Below are positions 32,273-42,242 of a stretch of DNA of 64,000 bases, one piece after another; position 1 is the first letter of the stretch, and every line of letters begins with the position of its first letter. The DNA lies in assembly GCA_964384105.1 (NCBI GenBank), contig CAYLJV010000006.1:1-64000 (forward strand). The letters are read 5' to 3'. This stretch comes from Candidatus Hadarchaeota archaeon. GTDB lineage: Archaea > Hadarchaeota > Hadarchaeia > Hadarchaeales > JAGGTB01. The position numbers were made by a program, and so were the translations under genes. The notes below the pieces were generated by a model. That model made no database searches and was not told where the DNA came from. It saw nothing but the letters and a program-made list of their open reading frames with translations.

Positions 32273-33424
32273 ATGGTCATAAGAAAATTTTATAGAGAAA
32301 AACTAAATCCGAAAACGATAGATGAAGCTTCGTCATCGCACTGTTTTATTGAACTAGAAACCAAAATCAGTAAAGCAACCCTCACATACTTTGATCACAA
32401 AAATAATAGAACATATCTCCTGGAGGAGGTTAGCGTACCAACCTCATCTTTTGCTTCTTCTAATGAAGAAGAATATAAATTCATTGACAATAATTGTATT
32501 TCCAAAAGCTCTATAAACAGTTTAGTCTCCCATCTGTTTTCCAATCTCTCAAAAGAATCGAAAGAAGGTATAAATTTTTTATTAGCTCACTCTGATCTGT
32601 TTGGGAATTTAAATAGACCTCAGGAAATTGTTGAACCGATTTCAGAAATAACCGAATATTGTAAAGAAGTAAATAAAAAACAGATAAATTCGGCGGAAAT
32701 AAATGCGCCAAGGATAACCGCTAACGAAATCAAATCTAAAATGGTTGCAGAAGGAGCTAAAAATATATTGAAGAACAATATTGAAACGTTTCCCCGATTA
32801 TATATAGACATATCATCCTGTATTTCAGGATTATCTTGCTCCAAGGGCAATCATAAAAGGGTTACAGGCCTCATTACGGGACTTGGATATACTATTCTGG
32901 ATGCAATGCTACCGGGTGAAAATGTTTTGGAGAAAGTTGAATCAGATACGGACAAAGTTTACGAATCTATTTCCGAAGAGATTTCCTCTAAAGTAGCAAA
33001 ATTGATAGAGACAAAAAGAGTTCCAACGGGCTCGACTAGATTTGGTAGAGTACCTGTTAGTGTAGAGTATTCCCATGAAAAAAACATAAAACTAATAGGT
33101 TGCGATGTTGGGAAAAATGGTGACAAGCTCGGGGAAATAGCTAAGCTAGGCTCAGAATCCATATCTTATGGGAAAGCAACATTAAAACGAACGGCCGATG
33201 AGGTTTTCGCAAGACTAATAATAAAGATGATAGAACGCTTTTACGAAGAAGAACTTATAGGAGAAGAGTCACGTGTTTGCATTTCAAGTATAAACAACTC
33301 TAACGAAGAAAGAATCAATTTAGTTTTGGAAAAATTAGAGAATAGAGGATTCGAAAAGATTGCGGAAAAAGTGGTGTTTGTTGAAAATCCCGCTAGTTTT
33401 GGAACAAATATTTTTAGATCATAG
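32273..33424 (+). CDS. divergent methanogenesis marker 14 (DUF2114)-like protein
   Basis: RVP....RFG.VPV, LIGCDVG.NG..L, VVFVE recalled from that family; N-terminal motif degenerate. Confidence 0.7.
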   Translation: MVIRKFYREKLNPKTIDEASSSHCFIELETKISKATLTYFDHKNNRTYLLEEVSVPTSSFASSNEEEYKFIDNNCISKSSINSLVSHLFSNLSKESKEGINFLLAHSDLFGNLNRPQEIVEPISEITEYCKEVNKKQINSAEINAPRITANEIKSKMVAEGAKNILKNNIETFPRLYIDISSCISGLSCSKGNHKRVTGLITGLGYTILDAMLPGENVLEKVESDTDKVYESISEEISSKVAKLIETKRVPTGSTRFGRVPVSVEYSHEKNIKLIGCDVGKNGDKLGEIAKLGSESISYGKATLKRTADEVFARLIIKMIERFYEEELIGEESRVCISSINNSNEERINLVLEKLENRGFEKIAEKVVFVENPASFGTNIFRS

Positions 33425-34723
33425 ACTAACAGTGCCACCGTTGTGGGATATTCGAACGTCCTCTATGCCTTCCTCCCTCGCTAATTCTGCGCATGAACTT
33501 AATTTCTCTCTACCGCCATGAGCAGGAATGACAACTTCTGGATTGAGAAGACGCATCATCTTTCTGTGATCTTCCTTCATCGCATGACCATGAGAGTGCA
33601 CATCCATCTCGAGTTTGGCTCCTTTTTGTTTCAGTTTCCTCTCTAGGTACCTTCTGTTAAGTTCATTTACAGGAGTGGGAATAGTAACACTTGAAAAAAT
33701 TACTAAGTCGTTACTCTCAATAGAATATGGATATTCACCATCAGTAATTCTAGACAACATTGCATTTGGCTCACCTTGGTTTCCAGTAGCCAAAAGCAAA
33801 TAATCTGACTTATCTCTAGAAACTTCTTCTAGTATGTCTTCTACTTCCTCCTTGTAACTTGCTATCTCTATTTCCGAAAGGTCTATTAAACTCCGTTTTT
33901 CTGCATCCTTAGTGTACTCTTTTAAGGATCTACCTAACAAAACAATATCTCTCCGCCCATTATTTGATTCAATTATATTGTTGAGTCGAGCTATATTAGA
34001 GGAAAAAGTAGTTACGATTATACCTTCCCGTTTTTCGTTTTCTTCAGATATTATCCTCTTGAGATCTTTTTTTGTTTCCAACTCTGACTTGGTTTTGCCA
34101 GGTTCATCGGCTCTAGTACAATCAACGATATAGACCTTAACGTCTTCACGACCTAATTCCTCTAGCTTCTCATAATTCACAGGCGATCCAAGAGTTGGAT
34201 TATCATCGAGTTTAAAATCAAGCGAATAAACAACTGTTCCTTCATTTGTTCTGAGAACTGAAAGAGCCGTTTGTGGTATACTATGAGTCATGTCAACCAA
34301 TTCTAGCTCAAAATCATCTGATATCTGAAACTTTTCGTTTGTATCCATTCTAACTATATTATTATTCACATATTCTCTATCGTCTTCGATGAATCTTTCA
34401 ATTAGATCTCCAGTGTAAGGAGTCGCGATAATTGGGCAATCATACGCTCCTGCTAGCTTTGGAACCCCCCTGCAATGGTCTTGGTGGCCGTGACCGATTA
34501 CTATGGCCTCAACATCGTTTCGACGCTTTTTAATTTCTTGATCATTAGGAACGACTTTTGACTCAATTGCTTCTACTGTTTTCATTTCTTCTAATTTTAC
34601 TCCCTGTTCAACAACTCTTTCTATATCTGCACCCATATCGAAGATAACGATCTTTTCATCTACCTCTATCGCAGTCATATTACCCCCAACTTTTTCATAA
34701 CCACCGATTGTGTAAACTTTCAT
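33419..34723 (-). CDS. rnj: ribonuclease J (beta-CASP)
   Basis: IGGYEKVG.NMTA, HGHQDH, HSIP, DFK, TG.QGEP, HSHGHA, PAHG. Confidence 0.9.
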   Translation of the reverse strand: MKVYTIGGYEKVGGNMTAIEVDEKIVIFDMGADIERVVEQGVKLEEMKTVEAIESKVVPNDQEIKKRRNDVEAIVIGHGHQDHCRGVPKLAGAYDCPIIATPYTGDLIERFIEDDREYVNNNIVRMDTNEKFQISDDFELELVDMTHSIPQTALSVLRTNEGTVVYSLDFKLDDNPTLGSPVNYEKLEELGREDVKVYIVDCTRADEPGKTKSELETKKDLKRIISEENEKREGIIVTTFSSNIARLNNIIESNNGRRDIVLLGRSLKEYTKDAEKRSLIDLSEIEIASYKEEVEDILEEVSRDKSDYLLLATGNQGEPNAMLSRITDGEYPYSIESNDLVIFSSVTIPTPVNELNRRYLERKLKQKGAKLEMDVHSHGHAMKEDHRKMMRLLNPEVVIPAHGGREKLSSCAELAREEGIEDVRISHNGGTVSL

Positions 34724-34901
34724 TTTCTGCACCTTTCGAAGAATTACTTGTCCCCTATAATAAAAAGCCTCCTGTTCAGGCCCCTAAAAAGGCTAAAATT
34801 AATACTAATTGGAACTATAATTTACTTAAAATCAATCCACAATGGAGTTTATTTGCCTTCCAAGAACTTAAGAATCACAATCTTGTCATTATAAAATCCA
34901 A

Positions 34902-35489
34902 CTAAATAATCTCCGCTAATCTCGCTCCAAAGATTATGGAGAATTCAGCAAAAACTATCGCACCAATAATTTCTGGAATAGCCGCCCCTAAGTCATACGG
35001 GATGGTAGTTAACAAGACAACCGATATTAAACCCAATATTACGATCGAGAGAGTGAATATTCCCCATATCCTCTCCGATTTCCGTAAGATCTTACCAGTC
35101 CCAATTATTATCATACCCAAGGTACAGAGAGTATAGAATATTACCGAGACTATAAAGTGAGGCGAGGTTCCCATTGGGAAAACACCGATCATAATTAAGA
35201 AGAAAGTCCCTCCACCAAAAAGCAAGCCCCCGATATTTTCTAGTCGGCTTTGCAACAGCTTGCTAAGGCCTAGGGTGAAAATTAGGCCTGTGGAGCCAGC
35301 GAGCACTAAACCAAAATTAAAAATAATATTATAAGGTGTGTTGACCGCTCCCAGCTCACTAAGTGCATTATCTGCGAAACTAAACCAAGGATGCACTAAT
35401 ATGGATATAGAAATAAACAGAAATGCGATAATGGGACTCAAAATTCCAAATAGACCCATACTTTTTAGAGAAAATATATCCTTCATCAA
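34902..35489 (-). CDS. DUF998 membrane protein
   Basis: HPWFSF..NALSELG, FN.GL, GVFP, AIPE. Confidence 0.85.
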   Translation of the reverse strand: MMKDIFSLKSMGLFGILSPIIAFLFISISILVHPWFSFADNALSELGAVNTPYNIIFNFGLVLAGSTGLIFTLGLSKLLQSRLENIGGLLFGGGTFFLIMIGVFPMGTSPHFIVSVIFYTLCTLGMIIIGTGKILRKSERIWGIFTLSIVILGLISVVLLTTIPYDLGAAIPEIIGAIVFAEFSIIFGARLAEII

Positions 35490-35588
35490 TAGTCATTGTG
35501 GAATTTTAATTTAAAAATGGCATAGATACTGTTAAGTTAAGGAATAAAAATTAACAGAGAGTAGTAGTATTGGTAAGGTGATGAATCA

Positions 35589-35828
35589 ATGACTTTATTT
35601 TTTGTATTGATAAATCTGGAACCTCAAGAGGATAAACTAGAAAAAGTAAAAGAAGAAGTAGATAAAATACCACAGGTTATTGAATCCTACATCGTCTTCG
35701 GCAGATGTGATATAATTGCTAAAATGGAAACTGAAACGATGTCAGAACTAGCTCAAATAGTAAGATATAAAATAAGATCAATAAAAGGTATTGAAAAAAC
35801 AGAAACTTTGACTGTTTGGGGAAAATAA
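35589..35828 (+). CDS. stand-alone Lrp/AsnC ligand-binding domain protein
   Basis: FVLIN, VFG..DII, IRSIKGI..TETL. Confidence 0.85.
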   Translation: MTLFFVLINLEPQEDKLEKVKEEVDKIPQVIESYIVFGRCDIIAKMETETMSELAQIVRYKIRSIKGIEKTETLTVWGK

Positions 35829-35855
35829 AATATCATAAACTAAAATTCAATCACA

Positions 35856-36035
35856 ATGAAACGTATGAAAGGTAGACACCTAGCTTTTCTGGGAATCTTA
35901 TTGGGCTTAATCAATGTGGGAATTCCCTATCTATTTTTGAGAGATGTTTCCTCCTTTTGGGGTTCATTCTTGTTCTGGATTCTAGTAACGGTTGGGGTAT
36001 TATCCGTTGGTCTCTGGAAGATAAGACAATGGTGA
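35856..36035 (+). CDS. 59-aa two-TM accessory protein of the SSS transporter (not in ORF track)
   Basis: MKRMKGRHLAFLGILLGLINVGIPYLFLRDVSSFWGSFLFWILVTVGVLSVGLWKIRQW; ends 1 bp before the symporter. Confidence 0.8.
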   Translation: MKRMKGRHLAFLGILLGLINVGIPYLFLRDVSSFWGSFLFWILVTVGVLSVGLWKIRQW

Positions 36036-36036
36036 T

Positions 36037-37500
36037 TTGTTGAGGCCTTTATATATTTACTTAGCTGTTGCAATTTGGGCATTTTTCGGAATTGGTATCG
36101 CTCACCTAGCCAGAAAAAGGATGGGAAAAGGCATACCAGACTTTTTCATTGCGAACAGGAAAGTGGGGGGATTCATATCTGGAATGACGTACAGTGCAAC
36201 TACATATAGTGCATTTATGATGATCGGGCTAGTTGGACTAGCCTATTCCTCAGGTGTCGGGGCTTTAGGTTTTGAGTTAACATACCTGATCTTTACAGTT
36301 TTTCTTCTTTCTATATTCGCACCCAGATTTTGGATAGCTGGTCGAAAATATAACTATATAACTCCCCCCGGAATGCTCTCAGATAGGTATGAAAATAGAT
36401 ATGTGGGAGTAATTGCGACCCTGATAGCACTCGCAATGTTGATTCCTTATGCCTCAGTACAGTTAATGGGTTCCGGTTTTCTGTTCAGTGGAATGACTGG
36501 TGGAAGAATTCCATTCATTTTTGGTGTAATTCTCATGGCTATCTTCAGTGGTATTACTGCTCTATGGGCCGGTTTCCGATCAGTTTCCTGGACGGACGCA
36601 TTTCAAGCCATAACAATGATGATTAGCAGCATTATCCTGATTTTCTATGTTTTCTATCATTTCTTCGGGTCTCCAATAGAGTTCTTCTCAATTGTCAGTT
36701 CGGAAACTCCAAACCTTCTGAAAATTTCTTGGGATATTGAAAGATTCATTGGACTTTCCCTCCCTTGGGCCTTTTTTGCATTAAGTAATCCACAGGTATC
36801 CCAGAGAATGTTCGTTTCCGAGAATATCAGCAGCTTGAAAAGAATGATAATTTACTTTTCTATTTTTGGTCTGGTATATACTGTGATAACTACTCTGCTA
36901 GGTTTCTCCGCGGCTAACATAGTTCCGAGTCTGGCTGAAGCAGACACGGCAATGCCCACCCTTCTCAATCGAGTTCCCACAGTTCTTGGATTACTAGTTT
37001 TTGTAGGAATATTCGCTGCGGCCACCTCCACCCTTGGGTCTATTTTACTGACTCTCAGCTCCCTATCTGTCCTTGACATTACCCGCTCTCTAAAACCGGA
37101 TCTACCTGAAAAAAAAGTGTTGATGATAGGGAAATCGATCATTCCCGTGCTATTAATCATCTGCATTCTTTTTGCGCGATTGAGACTTAATCTCATAGCA
37201 GTGCTCTCTAGCATGGCTTCTGGTGGTCTTCTGGTTTCAGTTCCTGTATTCATAGGAGCATTTTTCTGGAAAAATGGTTCCGCACAAGGAGCGATCTGGA
37301 GTATGATAATCGGGGGAGTAGCAACAGGGGCGATGTATATATTAAACTGGTATCCGTTTGGATGGTGGCCTTCGGTCTGGGGGTTTGCAATATCAATAAT
37401 AATCTTCGTAGCCGTTAGTCACATTACTAAAAAGCCTGAAAAAGCGGAAGAATTTATTGAAGACATCAATAAGAAGATAGAAAAACGTGATTATTTTTGA
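36037..37500 (+). CDS. sodium:solute symporter family protein
   Basis: FFIANR, ATTYSAF..G..G, SVSWTD, PQVSQR, AAATST; many TM helices. Confidence 0.93.
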   Translation: MLRPLYIYLAVAIWAFFGIGIAHLARKRMGKGIPDFFIANRKVGGFISGMTYSATTYSAFMMIGLVGLAYSSGVGALGFELTYLIFTVFLLSIFAPRFWIAGRKYNYITPPGMLSDRYENRYVGVIATLIALAMLIPYASVQLMGSGFLFSGMTGGRIPFIFGVILMAIFSGITALWAGFRSVSWTDAFQAITMMISSIILIFYVFYHFFGSPIEFFSIVSSETPNLLKISWDIERFIGLSLPWAFFALSNPQVSQRMFVSENISSLKRMIIYFSIFGLVYTVITTLLGFSAANIVPSLAEADTAMPTLLNRVPTVLGLLVFVGIFAAATSTLGSILLTLSSLSVLDITRSLKPDLPEKKVLMIGKSIIPVLLIICILFARLRLNLIAVLSSMASGGLLVSVPVFIGAFFWKNGSAQGAIWSMIIGGVATGAMYILNWYPFGWWPSVWGFAISIIIFVAVSHITKKPEKAEEFIEDINKKIEKRDYF

Positions 37501-37559
37501 TTTACGATAAAAAGAGAACACATAGTTAATAAAAAATAAATAGAAGAAACCCGGACTGG

Positions 37560-37835
37560 TTATTCGCCTTTTAGATTTTCTGAAATCTCTTTGAGATACT
37601 GCTTCATCTCACGGATATCTGCCTGGATCTCTTTCATAGCCTGTACTAACATCTTATTTTGGCCGCCACCTTGCATACTAGCCATTCGTCTCATCAACGA
37701 TGCGCCACCCATCCCGGGCATTTGACGGGGGCCACCTCCACCCTGCATCTCTTTCATCATCTTTTTGCGCATTTCTCTTCTCTTTTCATCAAGGCTTTTT
37801 GATTCTTCTTTTTCGGAATTTTGTTCTTTTTCCAT
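37560..37835 (-). CDS. hypothetical Met/Gly/Gln-rich protein with coiled-coil ends
   Basis: 91-aa ORF with a low-complexity core. Confidence 0.65.
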   Translation of the reverse strand: MEKEQNSEKEESKSLDEKRREMRKKMMKEMQGGGGPRQMPGMGGASLMRRMASMQGGGQNKMLVQAMKEIQADIREMKQYLKEISENLKGE

Positions 37836-38043
37836 TCTACCAGAAATTCAAGCTTTCTCTTCCCTTAAAAACTTTGATTAGAAGATAAAATTAGATAGTC
37901 AAAGATTAGTCCTAACATCCTATTCTGGCATCTACAAACGATTCAATTCACTCTGTTTCAAACAATCTCAGGATAATCTCCAAATTGAACCAGATTAATT
38001 CGGAAGGAAAAGAATTATTCAAAAATCACTGGATTTAGCTGAA

Positions 38044-38290
38044 CTATATGATTCTAAGTTCAGACGGTATTCCATAAGCCGATATTGATACATAAACATG
38101 GAGTATGACCGATCCGATGAACATCCACCAATAGTAATAATGCCACTGGTAGAATTTTTGATAAATTGGATATTTCATGAATTTTTTAGAGTTTCAACCT
38201 GGTAAGCATCGACAGAAAGCAGAACCAGCACTAGAAATACAAGGTTCGTTATGCCCAAAATAAACGATAATTTTATTGCTAGATTAATTC
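38044..38290 (-). pseudogene. frameshifted small membrane protein
   Basis: pieces LSFILGITNLVFLVLVLLS / CRCLPG / KFYQWHYYYWWMFIGSVILH..AYGIP in changing frames; 5' end approximate. Confidence 0.55.
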
Positions 38291-38448
38291 CGATAAAGAC
38301 CGAACTATCTCTATGAATATTACACGCTAACTTTCATTTAGATGGATAGTGACCCCGTAACCGATTCTAGATGTATAGTCTTTCTATATAGTAATGTTTC
38401 TACAATTTTTATTGGTTTTAGTAAACAAATAATCATTCAGATAATAGA

Positions 38449-38925
38449 ATGTTTGAAGATAAAGGGATTAGTTCTGCTGTTATTGCAGTAATAGCCATTG
38501 TAATAATTGTTGTAGTTGGGGTAGGCGGTTATTTGGCAATGACTGACAACGGAGATGAGGGGCCCGCCGATAATGAAGGTCCTCCGATATCCATGACTTG
38601 GGAGATGGAAGACACTCAGTTTTTACCCCAGACTATAGAAGTCGATGTTGGGGACACTGTAAGGATAGTTAACAATGATTCTATCACCCATACCTTTGAT
38701 TCACAAAACCCCGAAACCGGCGATGTAGTGATAAATGAAACCATTGGAGGAGGAGAATCGATAACGTTCACCTTTGATACGGAAGGTGTCTGGGAGGTTT
38801 GGTGTAGGATTCATAGCGACGGCACCGAGACTGAGCCTGCCACCTCAGGTATGAGAGGTCGGGTTGGGGTCGGCGTTTCAGTCGAGGAAAATGATGAAAA
38901 TGGGGGGAACGGTGGCATCTACTAA
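38449..38925 (+). CDS. membrane-anchored cupredoxin (plastocyanin/halocyanin-like)
   Basis: F.PQTIEV..GDTV...N.D...H, WCRIH, GM; KG/ISS plus hydrophobic N-terminus. Confidence 0.85.
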   Translation: MFEDKGISSAVIAVIAIVIIVVVGVGGYLAMTDNGDEGPADNEGPPISMTWEMEDTQFLPQTIEVDVGDTVRIVNNDSITHTFDSQNPETGDVVINETIGGGESITFTFDTEGVWEVWCRIHSDGTETEPATSGMRGRVGVGVSVEENDENGGNGGIY

Positions 38926-39045
38926 TCATCCTCTTAATTTGAGGGAGAATACGAATATCTCCTTAAAGATATTCCCTAATGAACCTCAGATTCTCAGATG
39001 AGTCAACGCAGCTTCTTCATAAAGATAGAATGGAGGTGATAAAGT

Positions 39046-39237
39046 ATGACAAAAGTACCTATAGTTAATAACGGTCTTTGTAAAGGACATGAGATTTGCG
39101 TCAGCGTAGCTCCGGAAGTTTTTGAAATGGTCGATGGAAAAGCCGAAGTGAAAAATCCGAAAGGAGCAGGCAAATCTACGATAGAATCTGCAATTAATAG
39201 TTGTCCAGAAAAAGCAATTAGCTGGAAAGATGAATAG
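39046..39237 (+). CDS. monocluster ferredoxin (CxxHxxC...CP)
   Basis: CKGHEIC..APEVFE..CPEKAI; GGAGGTGA upstream. Confidence 0.9.
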   Translation: MTKVPIVNNGLCKGHEICVSVAPEVFEMVDGKAEVKNPKGAGKSTIESAINSCPEKAISWKDE

Positions 39238-39410
39238 GCTGGATTTTTGAATCGAATGTTTCAAAAATGCCTGAGTGCAATGCACTTTGTATATCTCTAA
39301 ACTTCTTCAAAAAGATTATAACTAGTAAAAGCCTGTCTATCTTCTAAATCAACTTTAAGCTGTAATACTGTAATAGAAAAATAGGATAAATCTAAATCTT
39401 TTCCGAATTT

Positions 39411-40181
39411 TTAATAGTTAGACTTCTCGATTTTTTCTAGAGTTTGGAGTAGGGAATGAAGGGTTTCCTCTTCCCCCTCAATTTTTCTTTCGATCCCAGT
39501 GAGCTGAGCTTCTTCAACTAAATTGTTCTTAATTTTTTGGTAGTAATCCTCGTCTACTTCACGTTTTACTACTGTAGCAAAAACATCTATCGGCATATAG
39601 TAATGATTTTCGTATAAGTAATCATTTACTATGACTTTCGGGTGAGTGTAAATAACATCGAGCAATATCTCTGGTGAGAATTTATTTTCATTATATTGAC
39701 ACAGTATGACCATTTCTTGTCCTTGGAGGAATTCATTCAATTTAGATTCATATTCCATAAGCCTCTCAACTCCCGGTGTATTACTAAAGAACCAAGTCAT
39801 TTCACCAGTACCTCTCAATCCGGTATATCCCTGACTTAATGCCTCCTCCTTCGCTTTCGATAACAGTTGGAACATTTTCTCGGGTTCGAAATATCCATCT
39901 GTTAAATAGGATTCTCTCTTCGTCAAAAATTCAAACTGGCCTGAATTGAGGGCCTCATCTATGTCAATACCCTCATCTCTAAATTTTCCTATAATGTTTT
40001 CTTTATCCCTGTCATCAAAAATGTAAAGACATTTTTCATTTCTCTCAAGGCCAATCTCCATAAAGGAAGCTAGAGCGGTTAACTTTTCTTCTCCACTATA
40101 AATGCAACAGATATGAGACCCGTGATCCAATTTCTCAAAACTCTTCCTAAACTTTTTATTTTGCAATGAGTGCACTCTCAA
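39411..40181 (-). CDS. stand-alone MEDS sensory domain protein
   Basis: GSHICCIY, GL..NEKCLY, LRGTGEMTW, YE..LN, LCQY, THP. Confidence 0.9.
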   Translation of the reverse strand: MRVHSLQNKKFRKSFEKLDHGSHICCIYSGEEKLTALASFMEIGLERNEKCLYIFDDRDKENIIGKFRDEGIDIDEALNSGQFEFLTKRESYLTDGYFEPEKMFQLLSKAKEEALSQGYTGLRGTGEMTWFFSNTPGVERLMEYESKLNEFLQGQEMVILCQYNENKFSPEILLDVIYTHPKVIVNDYLYENHYYMPIDVFATVVKREVDEDYYQKIKNNLVEEAQLTGIERKIEGEEETLHSLLQTLEKIEKSNY

Positions 40182-40257
40182 ATCTCCTCAATCTATAATC
40201 TAATTCGTAAACTTAAAGCTTATTATTCGTTTAACAATATGCATCTGAATCAGTATC

Positions 40258-40521
40258 TCAGAGTATAGAACAAATATTTCTAACTTTTTTTAGAGATTCC
40301 AGTAATAACTCGCCTCTCTTCGTGATTTTATAGCGACCATTTTCCTCAGATTCAGTTCCCTTCATCTCGAGAAAACCTTCTTTAATAAGATTATTGAGGT
40401 ATCTACTAGTCATATCCCAATCCAAGTTTGCAAAACGAAGAATTCGAGTTTTAGTGCAACTATTTTCTGTTTTTACGGTTTCGAGAATATCTTCAATGAT
40501 TTTTACCTTGCTTCTCGTCAT
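40258..40521 (-). CDS. winged-helix DNA-binding protein
   Basis: RSK..II.DIL, KTRI...ANL, YL..L, Y.IT.RG. Confidence 0.88.
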   Translation of the reverse strand: MTRSKVKIIEDILETVKTENSCTKTRILRFANLDWDMTSRYLNNLIKEGFLEMKGTESEENGRYKITKRGELLLESLKKVRNICSIL

Positions 40522-40727
40522 CAGTTTATACGTAACTCAATAAACCAATAAATCTTCTGGGTTTTTTGTAAAAGAGATTATTATCGTTGTTGTGACCAAA
40601 ATCCAAACTACTCGCATTCATAAAACAAGGGCAATAATAGGAAGAATGTCTGTATTTTCATATTTTCCAAATATAGCTAAATTTATCATTATGATAGCAA
40701 TATACATTCAAACGCTCGGAGGCTGAG

Positions 40728-41009
40728 ATAATTAGGAGTAAAGTAAGCATCGTTCGTGATATCTTGGATTCTCTAAGAGAAAATAGTGAAGTCAGTAAAA
40801 CAAAAATTATTCAATTGGCTAATCTAGATTGGAACATGGCAAGTCACTATTTAAATAGTCTTTTGAAAGACGGATTCATTGAAAAGTATTCATGTGATAA
40901 AAAACAAAAACGCTGTGATATTTGTTATAAACTTACTAAGAAGGGAAGAGTGTTTTTTGAGGCCCTCAAGAAATTGGAAAATGCTCTTCCTTTGCTAAAA
41001 GGGGACTAG
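40728..41009 (+). CDS. winged-helix DNA-binding protein (paralogue of 40258-40521)
   Basis: IRSKVSIVRDIL..KTKIIQLANLDW; start placed at ATA 40728 after GGAGG. Confidence 0.85.
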   Translation: MIRSKVSIVRDILDSLRENSEVSKTKIIQLANLDWNMASHYLNSLLKDGFIEKYSCDKKQKRCDICYKLTKKGRVFFEALKKLENALPLLKGD

Positions 41010-41290
41010 CTTTCATCAACTCATATATTCGGTAATGTATACCTGCGAGAGAAAACAGAGATATGAAACTAATCAAATCCCCCAAGTTTTCTTAAAACGA
41101 TATGCGAGTTGTATTGATAAGATTTAGTAAGCGTTATTTATCAAAGATTCTAGTGTTACTTAAATCATTGAAAATCGGGCTTTTCGGATAAGCAAGGAAG
41201 ACGAATAATAAATTGAAATTTTAGAAATGGAAAATTTGAGGATGCCCATCTTATCAATAGACGATCAGGAAAACTACCAGAGACAGATGA

Positions 41291-41566
41291 TTAAGTTACG
41301 ATTAATCTCTCAATCTGGTTAAAATTTCTCAGAAATTCGAAACCATAGTCTGTAGTAGAATAATAACCCTCCTTTAGATCATCATTTCTACTACTTTCAA
41401 ATTCGATCAGGTCATTTTCCAATAGTAAGTCCAGATATTTTTTACCCATTTCAAAACTCATATTCGCCTTCTTGCAGATCCGAGTTTTAGTGGTAGGTTT
41501 CCTAGCAATTGAGAGTATCTCATTAATAACTTCTAACCTCCCCCGTCTTCTATTCATTTTCTTCAT
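41291..41566 (-). CDS. winged-helix DNA-binding protein
   Basis: RR.RLEVI.EIL, KTRI..KAN, YL..L, TT..G. Confidence 0.88.
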   Translation of the reverse strand: MKKMNRRRGRLEVINEILSIARKPTTKTRICKKANMSFEMGKKYLDLLLENDLIEFESSRNDDLKEGYYSTTDYGFEFLRNFNQIERLIVT

Positions 41567-41703
41567 TTACAATAATAAATCTATGAATTATTAAATAAAC
41601 TAAGGAAAACTATATAGTCATCCTTCTTAGTTTCCATTTTCTTCAAAAGGTACTGTTAATATAATAATAAAGAAATTTGAAAGTAGTTTCTATACAGGGA
41701 ATG

Positions 41704-41733
41704 TTAAACATATAGAGATTAAACATATAGAGA
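41704..41733. repeat. 15-bp tandem duplication
   Basis: TTAAACATATAGAGA twice. Confidence 0.85.
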
Positions 41734-41756
41734 TGAACTTATTCAGGTAGTTTACT

Positions 41757-42242
41757 CTAAATGTAAATAGATTCCACTTTTTTTGAAATCAATTTTCTCG
41801 TGGTATACTTCCTGATGAATTCATCAATTCTTTCGATTAACTCATTCCTATAATCCAAGACTGGCACATATCCAACGCTATCGTTTATCGGGTCTACTAC
41901 AGTTTTCTTTTTTCCTTGAGCATTCTCTTTTGTGAGCGAGCTCTTCAACCAAGTTCCAATATGAACCTCGACAAAGAAATCTTCGGGACCACCCACCACA
42001 GTAACAGACAGCTCTCTTAATGCCCCTTCTATTTTTTTAGGAACACTAGCTCGTACCGCTGTCAAACTCCTAATCCTTTTATCTTCATCAAAATCACTAG
42101 AAAGCTTTCTGACAATCTTAAATTCTTTCTCCCTCCGAAGTTCATCTTCTATATTATTGAATAAGGAGTCGATATTTATTCCCAAATCCTTGTATCTCTT
42201 TATGAATAACAAACTCTTCTCCCCCACTATAGTCCATCCCAC
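41757..42242 (-). CDS. hypothetical protein
   Basis: 161-aa ORF overlapping the end of the glycosyltransferase. Confidence 0.7.
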   Translation of the reverse strand: MGWTIVGEKSLLFIKRYKDLGINIDSLFNNIEDELRREKEFKIVRKLSSDFDEDKRIRSLTAVRASVPKKIEGALRELSVTVVGGPEDFFVEVHIGTWLKSSLTKENAQGKKKTVVDPINDSVGYVPVLDYRNELIERIDEFIRKYTTRKLISKKVESIYI

